Source: Eledone cirrhosa (lineage: Eukaryota). From it: a stretch of 64,000 bases of DNA. The DNA is taken from the NCBI GenBank assembly GCA_964016885.1, contig OZ024759.1:12586001-12650000 (forward strand), in the 5' to 3' direction. The notes below the pieces were generated by a model. That model searched no databases. It was not told where the DNA came from and saw only the letters and a list, made by a program, of their open reading frames with translations. Positions within the stretch are counted from its first letter, which is position 1, and the number at the start of each line of letters is the position of its first letter. Both the position numbers and the translations under genes were made by a program. Below are positions 13,640 to 26,708 of this stretch, piece by piece.

Positions 13640-14145
13640 CCCCCCCCCCCCCCCCCCCCCATCACCACCTTCACCACCATCACCACCACCTCCACCATCA
13701 CCACTGCCACCACCACAACTATCAGCACCACTGCCATCACCGCCACAACCACCACCACCATCATCACCACCACCACCACCACCACTGCCACAACCACCAC
13801 CACCGCCACAACCACGACCACCACCGTCACCACCACCACCGTCACCACCACCACCACCACCATTATCACCCCCACTGCCACAACCATCACCACTACCGCC
13901 ACAACCACCACTACCACCACAACCACCACCACCATTATCACCCCCACAGCCACAACCATCACCACTACCGCCACAACCACCACCACCACCACTGCCGCCA
14001 CCACCATCATCACCATCACCGCCACCACCATCACCATCACCGCCACCACCATCATCACCATCACCGCCACCACCATCACCACCACCACCACCACCATCAT
14101 CACCATCACCGCCACCACCACCATCACCATCACCGCCACCACCAA
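13640..14145. repeat. (CAC)n trinucleotide tract (similar tracts 44243-44945, 55220-56030)
   Basis: Direct reading of the sequence. Confidence 0.95.
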
Positions 14146-14711
14146 TGCCTCAAGGAACAACACATAGTTGTTCGTTATTCCAGATATATCTTGTTTTGTC
14201 TTTAATAGATTCTAGCTGCTTCAGCTTTTTGTTCTTATCTTATTTCATCTCATTGTATCTCATCTATAAGCCAGTCATTGCTAACCAGTGTTGGCTCGCC
14301 ATTGTTGCTTGCGACCATCTTCCCTCTTCTGTTTGCCTTGTCCAATTCAATTTAGCTACTTTGAGAAAGATCGGAGCGTAAGTAATATGGAGAATTTGTA
14401 ACCTTGCCAAAAGCTCTTGTTAAGGGGGAAGAAATATTTTTCGACATGAAAATGGTTTAGGGTGAATGTGTCATCAGCACAGCCACATGGCAACACGGTA
14501 GAAATGCTTCTGGAATTACTGCAAATTAGACAAGATTGAGATCTATAGAGTCTGCTGGCATTTTCGTCAGCTAGCTCCCATCTTCTTCTGCTAGCTCCCA
14601 TCTTCTTCAACTAGCTTCAATCTTTTTCAACTTGCTTCCATCTTCTTCAACTAACTCCCATCTTCTTCAACTAGCTCCCTTCTTTATCAAATAGCTCCCA
14701 TCTTCTTCAGA

Positions 14712-16348
14712 AGAAAGGGTTAATGACATAGACAGTGTTTTTCATTAGATATATGGTAATGAAAGGGTTAATGATATAGACAGTGTCTTTCATTAGAAAT
14801 ATGGTAATGAAAGGGTTAATGACATAGACTGTGTCTTTCATTAGAAATATGGTAATGAAAGGGTTAATGACATAGACAGTGTATTTCATTAGAAATATGG
14901 TAATGGAAGGGTTAATGACATGAACAGTGTCTTTTATTAGAAATATGGTAATGAAAGGTTTAATGACATAGACAATGTCATTCATTAGAAATATGGTAAT
15001 GGAAGGGTTAATGACATAGACAGTGTCTTTCATTAGAAATATGGTAATGAAAGAGTTAATGACATAGGTAGTGTCTTTCATTAGAAATATGGTAATGAAA
15101 GGGTTAATGACATAGACAGTCTCTTTCATTAGAAATATGGTAATGAAAGGGTTAATGACATAGACTGTCTTTTATTAAAAATATGGTAATGAAAGGGTTA
15201 ATGACATAGACAGTGTCTTTCATTAGAAATATGATAATGAAAGGGTTAATGACATAGACAGTGTCTTTCATTAGAAATATGGTAATGAAAGGGTTAATGA
15301 CATAGACAGTGTCTTTTATTAGAAATATGGTAATGAAAGGGTTAATGACATAGACAGTGTCTTTCATTAGAAATATGGTAATGAAAGGGTTAATGACATA
15401 GACAGTGTCTTTCATTAGAAATATGGTAATGAAAGGGTTAATGACATAGACAGTGTCTTTCATTAGAAATATGGTAATGGAAGGGTTAATGACATAGACA
15501 GTGTCTTTTATTAGAAATATGGTAATGAAAGGGTTAATGACATAGACAGTGTCTTTCATTATAACTATGGTAATGAAAGGGTTAATGACATAGACAGTAT
15601 CTTTTATTAGAAATATGGTAATGAAAGGGTTAATGACATAGACAGTGTCTTTCATTATAACTATGGTAATGAAAGGGTTAATGACATAGACAGTGTCTTT
15701 CATTAGAAATATGGTAATGAAAGGGTTAATGACATAGACAGTGTCTTTCATTAGAAATATGGTAATGAAAGGGTTAATGACATAGACAGTGTCTTTCATT
15801 AGAAATATGGTAATGGAAGGGTTAATGACATAGACAGTGTCTTTCATTATAACTATGGTAATGAAAGGGTTAATGACATAGACAGTGTCTTTTATTAGAA
15901 ATATGGTAATGAAAGGGTTAATGACATAGACAGTGTCTTTCATTAGAAATATGGTAATGGAAGGGTTAATGACATAGACAGTGTCTTTCATTAGAAATAT
16001 GGTAATGAAAGGGTTAAAGACATAGACAGTGTCTTTCATTAGAAATATGGTAATGAAAGGGTTAATGACATAGACAGTGTCTTTTATTAGAAATATGGTA
16101 ATGAAAGGGTTAATGACATAGACAGTGTCTTTCATTAAAAAATATGGTAATGAAAGGGTTAATGACATAGGCAGTGTCTTTCATTAGAAATATGGTAATG
16201 AAAGGGTTAATGACATAGACAGTGTCTTTCATTAGAAATATGCTAATGAAAGGGTTAATGACATAGACAGTGTCTTTCATTAGAAATATGGTAATGGAAG
16301 GGTTAATGACATAGACAGTGTCTTTCATTATAACTATGGTAATGAAAA
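14712..16348. repeat. 48-bp minisatellite, about 34 copies
   Basis: Unit agaaatatggtaatgaaagggttaatgacatagacagtgtctttcatt. Confidence 0.97.
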
Positions 16349-17167
16349 GGAACAGTTAAGTTCTAAACTCCAAGCTAATGTAGGCTGCTGGAGGTGACTA
16401 GAACAAACAGATCTGATATAATTGTTTCTACTTTTGGCACAAGGCCAGCAATTATTCAGTGTATTACTGGTACTTTATTTTATTGACCCCGTAAGGATGA
16501 AAGGCAAAGTTAACCTTGGCGGGATTATAGATTGATGTCATTTGCTCCTCCAACATGGAAGCATACTGGGGGAATTACAGAAACGTTCCCTTTGTGGTGG
16601 TGATGATGATAGTGGTGGTAGTGGCAGTGATGATGATGATATGTGTGGTGACGATGATGATGATGATGGAAGTGGTGATATGTGTGATGATGATGGTAGT
16701 GGTGGTGGTATGTGTGATGATGATGGTGGTGGTGGTGGTGAAATGTGTGATGATGGTGGTGGTGGTGATATGTGTGATGATGGGGGTGGTGATATGTGTG
16801 ATGGTGGTGGTGGTGGTGGTGATATGTGTGATGATGGGGGTGGTGATATGTGTGATGGTGGTGGTGGTGGTGGTGGTATGTGTGATGATGATGGTGGTGG
16901 TGGTGGTGATATGTGTGATGATGGTGGTGATGGTGGTGGTGGTATATGTGTGTGGTGGTGATGGTGGTATATGTGTGATGTTGGTGATGGTGGTGATATG
17001 TGTGATGGTGGTGGTGGTGGTGATATGTGTGATGGTGGTGGTGGTGGTGGTGGTGGTGGTGGTGATATGCGTGATGGTGGTGGTGGTGATAATGACCGAT
17101 GGGTGAAGAACTGCCAGGAAATGCCAGTGGAAAGAAGCGACAGTAGAGGACAACAAAGAAAGACTTG

Positions 17168-19803
17168 GGCAGAGGTGAGAATGGACCTTAAATCACTAAG
17201 ACTGCCAGAGGTGAGAATGGACCTTAAATCACTAAGACTGACAGAGGTGAGAATGGACCTTAAATCACTAAGACTGACAGAGGTGAGAATGGACCTTAAA
17301 TCACTAAGACTGACAGAGGTGAGAATGGACCTTAAATCACTAAGACTGACAGAGGTGAGAATGGACCTTAAATCACTAAGACTGGCAGAGGTGAGAATGG
17401 ACCTTAAATCACTAAGACTGACAGAGGTGAGAATGGACCTTAAATCACTAAGACTGACAGAGGTGAGAATGGACCTTAAATCACTAAGACTGACAGAGGT
17501 GAGAATGGACCTTAAATCACTAAGACTGGCAGAGGTGAGAATGGACCTTAAATCACTAAGACTGACAGAGGTGAGAATGGACCTTAAATCACTAAGACTG
17601 ACAGAGGTGAGAATGGACCTTAAATCACTAAGACTGACAGAGGTGAGAATGGACCTTAAATCACTAAGACTGGCAGAGGTGAGAATGGACCTTAAATCAC
17701 TAAGACTGGCAGAGGTGAGAATGGACCTTAAATCACTAAGACTGGCAGAGGTGAGAATGGACCTTAAATCACTAAGACTGGCAGAGGTGAGAATGGACCT
17801 TAAATCACTAAGACTGGCAGAGGTGAGAATGGACCTTAAATCACTAAGACTGGCAGAGGTGAGAATGGACCTTAAATCACTAAGACTGGCAGAGGTGAGA
17901 ATGGACCTTAAATCACTAAGACTGACAGAGGTGAGAATGGACCTTAAATCACTAAGACTGACAGAGGTGAGAATGGACCTTAAATCACTAAGACTGACAG
18001 AGGTGAGAATGGACCTTAAATCACTAAGACTGACAGAGGTGAGAATGGACCTTAAATCACTAAGACTGGCAGAGGTGAGAATGGACCTTAAATCACTAAG
18101 ACTGGCAGAGGTGAGAATGGACCTTAAATCACTAAGACTGACAGAGGTGAGAATGGACCTTAAATCACTAAGACTGGCAGAGGTGAGAATGGACCTTAAA
18201 TCACTAAGACTGACAGAGGTGAGAATGGACCTTAAATCACTAAGACTGACAGAGGTGAGAATGGACCTTAAATCACTAAGACTGGCAGAGGTGAGAATGG
18301 ACCTTAAATCACTAAGACTGACAGAGGTGAGAATGGACCTTAAATCACTAAGACTGGCAGAGGTGAGAATGGACCTTAAATCACTAAGACTGACAGAGGT
18401 GAGAATGGACCTTAAATCACTAAGACTGGCAGAGGTGAGAATGGACCTTAAATCACTAAGACTGACAGAGGTGAGAATGGACCTTAAATCACTAAGACTG
18501 GCAGAGGTGAGAATGGACCTTAAATCACTAAGACTGACAGAGGTGAGAATGGACCTTAAATCACTAAGACTGACAGAGGTGAGAATGGACCTTAAATCAC
18601 TAAGACTGGCAGAGGTGAGAATGGACCTTAAATCACTAAGACTGACAGAGGTGAGAATGGACCTTAAATCACTAAGACTGGCAGAGGTGAGAATGGACCT
18701 TAAATCACTAAGACTGGCAGAGGTGAGAATGGACCTTAAATCACTAAGACTGACAGAGGTGAGAATGGACCTTAAATCACTAAGACTGGCAGAGGTGAGA
18801 ATGGACCTTAAATCACTAAGACTGACAGAGGTGAGAATGGACCTTAAATCACTAAGACTGGCAGAGGTGAGAATGGACCTTAAATCACTAAGACTGACAG
18901 AGGTGAGAATGGACCTTAAATCACTAAGACTGGCAGAGGTGAGAATGGACCTTAAATCACTAAGACTGACAGAGGTGAGAATGGACCTTAAATCACTAAG
19001 ACTGGCAGAGGTGAGAATGGACCTTAAATCACTAAGACTGACAGAGGTGAGAATGGACCTTAAATCACTAAGACTGACAGAGGTGAGAATGGACCTTAAA
19101 TCACTAAGACTGGCAGAGGTGAGAATGGACCTTAAATCACTAAGACTGACAGAGGTGAGAATGGACCTTAAATCACTAAGACTGGCAGAGGTGAGAATGG
19201 ACCTTAAATCACTAAGACTGGCAGAGGTGAGAATGGACCTTAAATCACTAAGACTGACAGAGGTGAGAATGGACCTTAAATCACTAAGACTGGCAGAGGT
19301 GAGAATGGACCTTAAATCACTAAGACTGACAGAGGTGAGAATGGACCTTAAATCACTAAGACTGACAGAGGTGAGAATGGACCTTAAATCACTAAGACTG
19401 GCAGAGGTGAGAATGGACCTTAAATCACTAAGACTGACAGAGGTGAGAATGGACCTTAAATCACTAAGACTGACAGAGGTGAGAATGGACCTTAAATCAC
19501 TAAGACTGGCAGAGGTGAGAATGGACCTTAAATCACTAAGACTGGCAGAGGTGAGAATGGACCTTAAATCACTAAGACTGACAGAGGTGAGAATGGACCT
19601 TAAATCACTAAGACTGACAGAGGTGAGAATGGACCTTAAATCACTAAGACTGACAGAGGTGAGAATGGACCTTAAATCACTAAGACTGACAGAGGTGAGA
19701 ATGGACCTTAAATCACTAAGACTGACAGAGGTGAGAATGGACCTTAAATCACTAAGACTGGCAGAGGTGAGAATGGACCTTAAATCACTAAGACTGGCAG
19801 AGG
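17168..19803. repeat. 36-bp homogeneous minisatellite, about 73 copies
   Basis: Unit (g/a)cagaggtgagaatggaccttaaatcactaagactg with no spacers. Confidence 0.98.
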
Positions 19804-19889
19804 AGATGACGAAGGTACGCGACAAGTGTAGAGTTGCCCTGCTGAGAAGGACCCCTCCAACCCATGCAAGCTAGGAAAAGCGGACGCAA

Positions 19890-21963
19890 AAACGATGATG
19901 ATGGTTGTGGTGGTGATGGTGGTGGTGTTGGTGTTGGTGATGATGGTGGTGGTGGTGGTGGTGGTGGTGGTGGTGGTGGTGGTGGTGGTGGTGGTGGTGG
20001 TGGTGGTGGTGATGGTGGTCGTAATGATGATGGTGGTGGTGGTGGTGTTGGTGATGATGATGGTGGTGGTAGTGGTAATGATGATGGTGGTGGTGTTGGT
20101 GATGATGATGGTGGTGGTGTTGGTGATGGTGGTGGTGTTGGTGATGGTGGTGGTGTTGGTGATGTTGATGGTGGTGGTGGTGGTGGTGGTAATGATGATG
20201 ATGGTGGTGTTGATGTTGGTGGTGGTGGTGGTGGTGATGATGGTGGTGGTGGTGGTGGTCGTGATGATGATGGTGGTGGTGTTGGTGATCATGATGGTGG
20301 TGGTAGTGGTAATGATGATGGTGGTGGTGGTGGTAATGATGGTGGTGGTGGTAGTGTTGGTGATGATGATGGTGGTGGTGGTAATGATGATGATGGTGGT
20401 GTTGATGTTGGTGGTGGTGGTGGTGGTGGTGGTGGTAATGATGATGATGGTGGTGGTGGTAATGATGATGATGGTGGTGGTGGTGGTGGTTGTAGTGGTA
20501 ATGATGATGATGATGGTGGTGTTGGTGGTGGCGTTGGTGATGGTGGTAGTGGTAATGATGGTGGTGGCGTTGGTGATGGTGTTGGTGGTAGTGGTAATGA
20601 TGGTGGTGTTGGTGGTGGCGTTGGTGATGGTGTTGGTGGTAGTGGTAATGATGGTGGTGGCGTTGGTGATGGTGTTGGTGGTAGTGGTAATGATGGTGGT
20701 GTTGGTGGTGGCGTTGGTGATGGTGTTGGTGGTAGTGGTAATGATGGTGGTGGCGTTGGTGATGGTGTTGGTGGTAGTGGTAATGATGGTGGTGTTGGTG
20801 GTGGTGTTGGTGATGGTGTTGGTGGTAGTGGTAATGATGGTGGTGGCGTTGGTGATGGTGTTGGTGGTAGTGGTAATGATGGTGGTGTTGGTGGTGGCGT
20901 TGGTGATGGTGTTGGTGGTAGTGGTAATGATGGTGGTGGCGTTGGTGATGGTGTTGGTGGTAGTGGTAATGATGGTGGTGTTGGTGGTGGCGTTGGTGAT
21001 GGTGTTGGTGGTAGTGGTAATGATGGTGGTGGCGTTGGTGATGGTGTTGGTGGTAGTGGTAATGATGGTGGTGTTGGTGGTGGCGTTGGTGATGGTGTTG
21101 GTGGTAGTGGTAATGATGGTGGTGGCGTTGGTGATGGTGTTGGTGGTAGTGGTAATGATGGTGGTGTTGGTGGTGGTGTTGGTGATGGTGTTGGTGGTAG
21201 TGGTAATGATGGTGGTGGCGTTGGTGATGGTGTTGGTGGTAGTGGTAATGATGGTGGTGGCGTTGGTGATGGTGTTGGTGGTAGTGGTAATGATGGTGGT
21301 GTTGGTGGTGGCGTTGGTGATGGTGTTGGTGGTAGTGGTAATGATGGTGGTGGCGTTGGTGATGGTGTTGGTGGTAGTGGTAATGATGGTGGTGTTGGTG
21401 GTGGCGTTGGTGATGGTGTTGGTGGTAGTGGTAATGATGGTGGTGGCGTTGGTGATGGTGTTGGTGGTAGTGGTAATGATGGTGGTGGCGTTGGTGATGG
21501 TGTTGGTGGTAGTGGTAATGATGGTGGTGGCGTTGGTGATGGTGTTGGTGGTAGTGGTAATGATGGTGGTGTTGGTGGTGGTGTTGGTGGTAGTGGTAAT
21601 GATGGTGGTGGCGTTGGTGATGGTGTTGGTGGTAGTGGTAATGATGGTGGTGGCGTTGGTGGTAGTGGTAATGATGGTGGTGGCGTTGGTGATGGTGTTG
21701 GTGGTAGTGGTAATGATGGTGGTGGCGTTGGTGATGGTGTTGGTGGTAGTGGTAATGATGGTGGTGTTGGTGGTGGCGTTGGTGATGGTGTTGGTGGTAG
21801 TGGTAATGATGGTGGTGGCGTTGGTGATGGTGTTGGTGGTAGTGGTAATGATGGTGGTGGCGTTGGTGATGGTGTTGGTGGTAGTGGTAATGATGGTGGT
21901 GGCGTTGGTGATGGTGTTGGTGGTAGTGGCGTTGGTGGTGGTGGCGTTGGTGATGGTGGTGAT
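19890..21963. repeat. (GGT/GAT)n with higher-order units (similar tract 16595-17092)
   Basis: Higher-order unit ggtgatggtgttggtggtagtggtaatgat. Confidence 0.95.
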
Positions 21964-22000
21964 ATATGTTATATCTACTCATTCCTTCCTTGACTTGCAG

Positions 22001-22082
22001 CTCTCGTACCAGTATTTCCAACGTTACCTACATTCCTGAAACAACATCCATGAAAGAAATCAAAAGTCTCATCCAAGAAAAA
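22001..22082 (+). CDS. EFCAB6: EFCAB6-like exon 4
   Basis: ttgcag acceptor, aaa|gtcagt donor. Encodes SSRTSISNVTYIPETTSMKEIKSLIQEK. Phase 2 to 0 fits both neighbours. Confidence 0.85.
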
Positions 22083-22087
22083 GTCAG

Positions 22088-25000
22088 TTCTTCTTCTTTG
22101 CTTTCTTCTTTGCCTTCTTCTTCTTTGCTTTCTTCTTTGCCTTCTTCTTCTTTGCTTTCTTCTTTGCCTTCTTCTTCTTTGCTTTCTTCTTTGCCTTCTT
22201 CTTTGCCTTCTTCTTCTTTGCTTTCTTCTTTGCCTTCTTCTTCTTTGCTTTCTTCTTTGCCTTCTTCTTTGCCTTCTTCTTCTTTTTCTTCTTCTTTGCT
22301 TTCTTCTTTGCCTTCTTCTTTGCCTTCTTCTTCTTTGCTTTCTTCTTTGCCTTCTTCTTCTTTGCTTTCTTCTTTGCCTTCTTCTTTGCCTTCTTCTTCT
22401 TTTTCTTCTTCTTTGCTTTCTTCTTTCCTGGTAATTATTGCTTCACATCACTACAGCTACTATATTGCTGTTGGTGGTGGTGTTGTTGTTGGTGGTGTTG
22501 TTGTTGTTGGTGGTGTTGTTGTTGTTGTTGTTGGTGTTGGTGCTGTTGCTGTTGGTGGTGGTGTTGTTGTTGGTGGTGTTGTTGTTGTTGGTGGTGTTGT
22601 TGTTGTTGTTGTTGGTGTTGGTGCTGTTGCTGTTGTTGGTGGTGTTGTTGGCGGTGTTGTTGTTGTTGTTGTTGGTGTTGGTGCTGTTGGTGGTGTTGTT
22701 GGTGTTGGTGGTGTTGTTGTTGTTGGTGGTGTTGTTGTTGTTGTTGTTGGTGTTGGTGCTGTTGTTGTTGTTGGTGGTGTTGTTGTTGTTGGTGGTGTTG
22801 TTGTTGTTGTTGTTGGTGTTGGTGCTGTTGTTGTTGTTGGTGGTGTTGTTGTTGTTGGTGGTGGTGTTGTTGTTGTTGTTGTTGTTGCTGGTGTTGGTGT
22901 TGTTGGTGGTGTTGTTGTTGTTGCTGGTGTTGGTGGTGGTGTTGTTGGTGTTGTTGTTGTTGCTGGTGTTGGTGCTGTTGTTGTTGGTGTTGTTGTTGTT
23001 GTTGTTGTTGGTGTTGGTGCTGTTGTTGTTGTTGGTGTTGTTGTTGTTGTTGTTGGTGTTGGTGCTGTTGTTGTTGTTGTTGGTGTTGGTGTTGTTGGTG
23101 GTGTTGTTGTTGTTGCTGGTGTTGGTGCTGTTGTTGGTGTTGTTGTTGTTGGCGGTGTTGTTGTTGTTGTTGTTGGTGTTGGTGCTGTTGTTGTTGTTGG
23201 TGGTGTTGTTGTTGTTGTTGTTGGTGTTGGTGGTGTTGTTGTTGTTGGTGTTGTTGTTGTTGTTGTTGGTGGTGTTGGTGGTGGTGTTGTTGGTGTTGTT
23301 GTTGTTGCTGGTGTTGGTGCTGTTGGTGGTGTTGTTGTTGTTGGCGGTGTTGTTGTTGTTGTTGTTGGTGTTGGTGCTGTTGTTGTTGTTGGTGGTGTTG
23401 TTGTTGTTGTTGTTGGTGTTGGTGCTGTTGTTGTTGTTGGCGGTGTTGTTGTTGTTGTTGTTGGTGTTGGTGCTGTTGTTGTTGTTGGTGGTGTTGTTGT
23501 TGTTGTTGTTGGTGTTGGTGCTGTTGTTGTTGTTGGCGGTGTTGTTGTTGTTGTTGTTGGTGTTGGTGCTGTTGTTGTTGTTGTTGTTGGTGGTGTTGTT
23601 GGTGTTGGTGCTGTTGTTGTTGTTGGTGGTGTTGTTGTTGTTGTTGTTGGTGTTGGTGCTGTTGTTGTTGTTGGCGGTGTTGTTGTTGTTGTTGTTGGTG
23701 TTGGTGCTGTTGGTGGTGTTGTTGTTGTTGCTGGTGTTGGTGCTGTTGGTGGTGTTGTTGTTGTTGGTGTTGTTGTTGTTGTTGTTGTTGGTGTTGGTGC
23801 TGTTGTTGTTGTTGGTGGTGTTGGTGGTGGTGTTGTTGGTGTTGTTGTTGTTGCTGGTGTTGGTGCTGTTGGTGGTGTTGTTGTTGTTGGTGTTGTTGTT
23901 GTTGTTGTTGTTGGTGCTGTTGTTGTTGTTGGTGGTGTTGGTGGTGGTGTTGTTGTTGTTGCTGGTGTTGGTGCTGTTGGTGGTGTTGTTGTTGTTGGTG
24001 TTGTTGTTGTTGTTGTTGTTGGTGTTGGTGCTGTTGTTGTTGTTGGTGGTGTTGGTGGTGGTGTTGTTGGTGTTGTTGTTGTTGTTGGTGGTGTTGTTGT
24101 TGTTGTTGTTGGCGGTGTTGTTGTTGTTGGCGGTGTTGTTGTTGTTGTTGTTGGTGTTGGTGCTGTTGTTGTTGTTGGTGGTGTTGTTGTTGTTGTTGTT
24201 GGTGTTGGTGCTGTTGTTGTTGTTGGCGGTGTTGTTGTTGTTGTTGTTGGTGTTGGTGCTGTTGTTGTTGTTGTTGGTGTTGGTGTTGTTGGTGGTGTTG
24301 TTGTTGTTGCTGGTGTTGGTGCCGTTGGTGTTGTTGTTGTTGTTGTTGTTGGTGTTGGTGCTGTTGTTGTTGTTGGTGGTGTTGGTGGTGGTGTTGTTGG
24401 TGTTGTTGTTGTTGCTGGTGTTGGTGCTGTTGGTGGTGTTGTTGTTGTTGGCGGTGTTGTTGTTGTTGTTGTTGGTGTTGGTGCTGTTGTTGTTGTTGGT
24501 GGTGTTGTTGTTGTTGTTGTTGGTGTTGGTGCTGTTGTTGTTGTTGGCGGTGTTGTTGTTGTTGTTGTTGGTGTTGGCGGTGTTGTTGTTGTTGTTGTTG
24601 GTGTTGGTGCTGTTGTTGTTGTTGGCGGTGTTGTTGTTGTTGTTGTTGGTGTTGGTGCTGTTGTTGTTGTTGGTGGTGTTGTTGTTGTTGTTGTTGGTGT
24701 TGGTGCTGTTGTTGTTGTTGTTGTTGCTGGTGTTGGTGTTGTTGGTGGTGTTGTTGTTGTTGCTGGTGTTGGTGGTGGTGTTGTTGGTGTTGTTGTTGTT
24801 GCTGGTGTTGGTGTTGTTGGTGGTGTTGTTGTTGCTGGTGTTGGTGTTGTTGGCGGTGTTGTTGTTGTTGTTGTTGGTGTTGGTGCTGTTGTTGTTGTTG
24901 GTGTTGTTGGTGTTGTTGTTGTTGTTAGTGGTGTTGTTGTTGTTGGTGTTGTTGTTGTTGTTGGTGTTGGTGCTGTTGTTGTTGCTGGTGTTGGTGTTGG

Positions 25001-25792
25001 TGTTGTTGTTAGTGGTGTTGTTGTTGTTGGTGTTGTTGTTGTTGTTGGTGTTGGTGCTGTTGTTGGTGTTGTTGTTGGTGTTGTTGTTGTTGGTGGTGGT
25101 GTTGTTGTTGTTGGTGTTGTTGTTGTTGTTGGTGGTGTTGTTGGTGTTGGTGCTGTTGTTGTTGGTGGTGTTGTTGGTGTTGTTGTTGTTGTTGTTGGTG
25201 TTGTTGTTGGTGTTGGTGCTGTTGTTGTTGGTGGTGTTGTTGGTGTTGGTGGTGTTGTTGTTGTTGTTGGTGTTGTTGGTGTTGGTGTTGTTGTTGTTGG
25301 TGTTGGTGCTGTTGTTGGTGGTGGTGTTGTTGTTGTTGGTGTTGTTGTTGTTGTTGGTGTTGGTGATGTTGTTGGTGGTGGTGTTGTTGGTGTTGGTGTT
25401 GTTGTTGTTGGTGTTGTTGTTGTTGGTGCTGTTGTTGGTGGTGGTGTTGTTGGTGTTGTTGTTGGTGGTGTTGGTGTTGCTGGTGGTGGTGCTGTTGTTG
25501 TTGGTGGTGTTGTTGGTGTTGGTGTTGTTGTTGTTGTTGTTGGTGTTGTTGGTGTTGGTGTTGTTGTTGTTGGTGTTGGTGCTGTTGTTGGTGGTGGTGT
25601 TGTTGTTGTTGGTGTTGTTGTTGTTGTTGGTGTTGGTGATGTTGTTGGTGGTGGTGTTGTTGGTGTTGGTGTTGTTGTTGTTGGTGTTGTTGTTGTTGGT
25701 GCTGTTGTTGGTGGTGGTGTTGTTGGTGTTGTTGTTGGTGGTGTTGGTGTTGCTGGTGGTGGTGCTGTTGGTGTTGGTAGTGTTGGTGCTGT
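22088..25792. repeat. (CTT)n-rich tract followed by 3.3 kb of (GTT/GGT)n, filling intron 4
   Basis: Direct reading of the sequence. Confidence 0.95.
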
Positions 25793-25835
25793 TCTACCTC
25801 ACCTAATCCCCAGTTATCTCCCCTCTTCTACACAG

Positions 25836-25972
25836 TTAAAACAAGACACCCCCACAATCCTGAAGAACTTCCACATGTTTGACTACAACTTAAATGGAAA
25901 AATTCAATGGGATAATTTTCGAAAAATCATGGACAAGTTCTGCTGTCGATTATCTGACCAACAATTTGACAA
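25836..25972 (+). CDS. EFCAB6: EFCAB6-like exon 5 (EF-hand)
   Basis: acacag acceptor, aa|gtaagc donor. Encodes LKQDTPTILKNFHMFDYNLNGKIQWDNFRKIMDKFCCRLSDQQFD. The FCxxLxDxxFxK...VDYNxFL pattern continuing into exon 6 recalls EFCAB6 repeats. Confidence 0.92.
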
Positions 25973-26001
25973 GTAAGCAATCTATCTAATTTCTCTTTCT
26001 T

Positions 26002-26037
26002 TCTTCTGATGAAGGACTAGCGTCTGAAACGTTAAGA
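26002..26037 (+). ncRNA. Minimal type I hammerhead ribozyme motif
   Basis: TCTT-CTGATGA-A-GGAC(TAGC)GTCT-GAAAC-GTT-AAGA. Palindromic ACGU helix III, GUU triplet. Confidence 0.7.
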
Positions 26038-26435
26038 CCCTCTTCCTGCTATTTCAAGAATTAACCGATTGTGTTGTTATTTCTGCTTACCTTTTACAAT
26101 GTGGTTGGTGTTAGGAAGGGCATCCAACTGTAGAAAACCCGCCAGGCAGTCCTATATGAGCAAGACGACCAATCTTGCCTCAAGTGGGACAATTCCCGTC
26201 CAGACCCATGCAAGCGTGGAACATGGACGTTAAACGTTGATGATATATAAGTTTATCCCGGGTTCAATCGGGGGTAACCACAGTAAGTAAGGTACTCAAT
26301 ACATAGCAGAGTATAAATATTTAATATAGAAAAGGCTTCTACAGGACTAGAACTGTTTCATTCGGGAGAAATCATCAGGAAGCCTGATGATTTCTCCCGA
26401 ATGAAACAGTTCTATATTATATATATATATATAAG

Positions 26436-26622
26436 GGCGGTGGATTGGCAGTATCGGTAGAGGGTCGGACACCATGCTTTCCAGCATAGTTACGTCCCTT
26501 TACGGTCTGAGTTCAAATCCCGCCGAGGTTGACTTTGCCTTTCATCCTTACGGGGTTGATAAAATAAAGTACCAGTAATACACTGGGTAATTGCTGGCCT
26601 TGTGCCTAACGTAGAAACAATT
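26436..26622 (+). mobile_element. tRNA-derived SINE family A (other copies 16420-16526 -, 28388-28572 -, 33133-33320 -, 33363-33549 +, 48625-49255 x3, about 61486-61700, 62105-62890 multiple)
   Basis: A-box-like tggcagtatcggtag, B-box gagttcaaatcc, core gcctttcatccttacggggtcgataaaataaagtaccag. Many dispersed copies. Confidence 0.85.
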
Positions 26623-26656
26623 ATATATATATATATACAATATATATATTCGCAGT

Positions 26657-26701
<45 letters not shown>

Positions 26702-26708
26702 ATATATA

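Noticed and set aside
8555-16328. ORFs with 27-aa, 16-aa and HYTTL repeats
   Set aside because: They are translations of 81-bp, 48-bp and pentanucleotide tandem repeats within introns.
17168-19803. CRISPR array (36-bp repeats) or a 967/1095-aa repeat protein
   Set aside because: The repeats are contiguous with no spacers and no cas genes, inside a eukaryotic intron. The ORFs are open only because the unit is 36 nt and stop-free.
19864-25976. Long Gly/Val/His/Leu-rich ORFs (700-1336 aa)
   Set aside because: These are trinucleotide repeats open in several frames. Only the embedded exons 22001-22082 and 25836-25972 have splice sites and protein-like sequence.
26436-26530. tRNA genes
   Set aside because: The A and B boxes belong to SINE heads followed by SINE bodies. 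No full cloverleaf was found.
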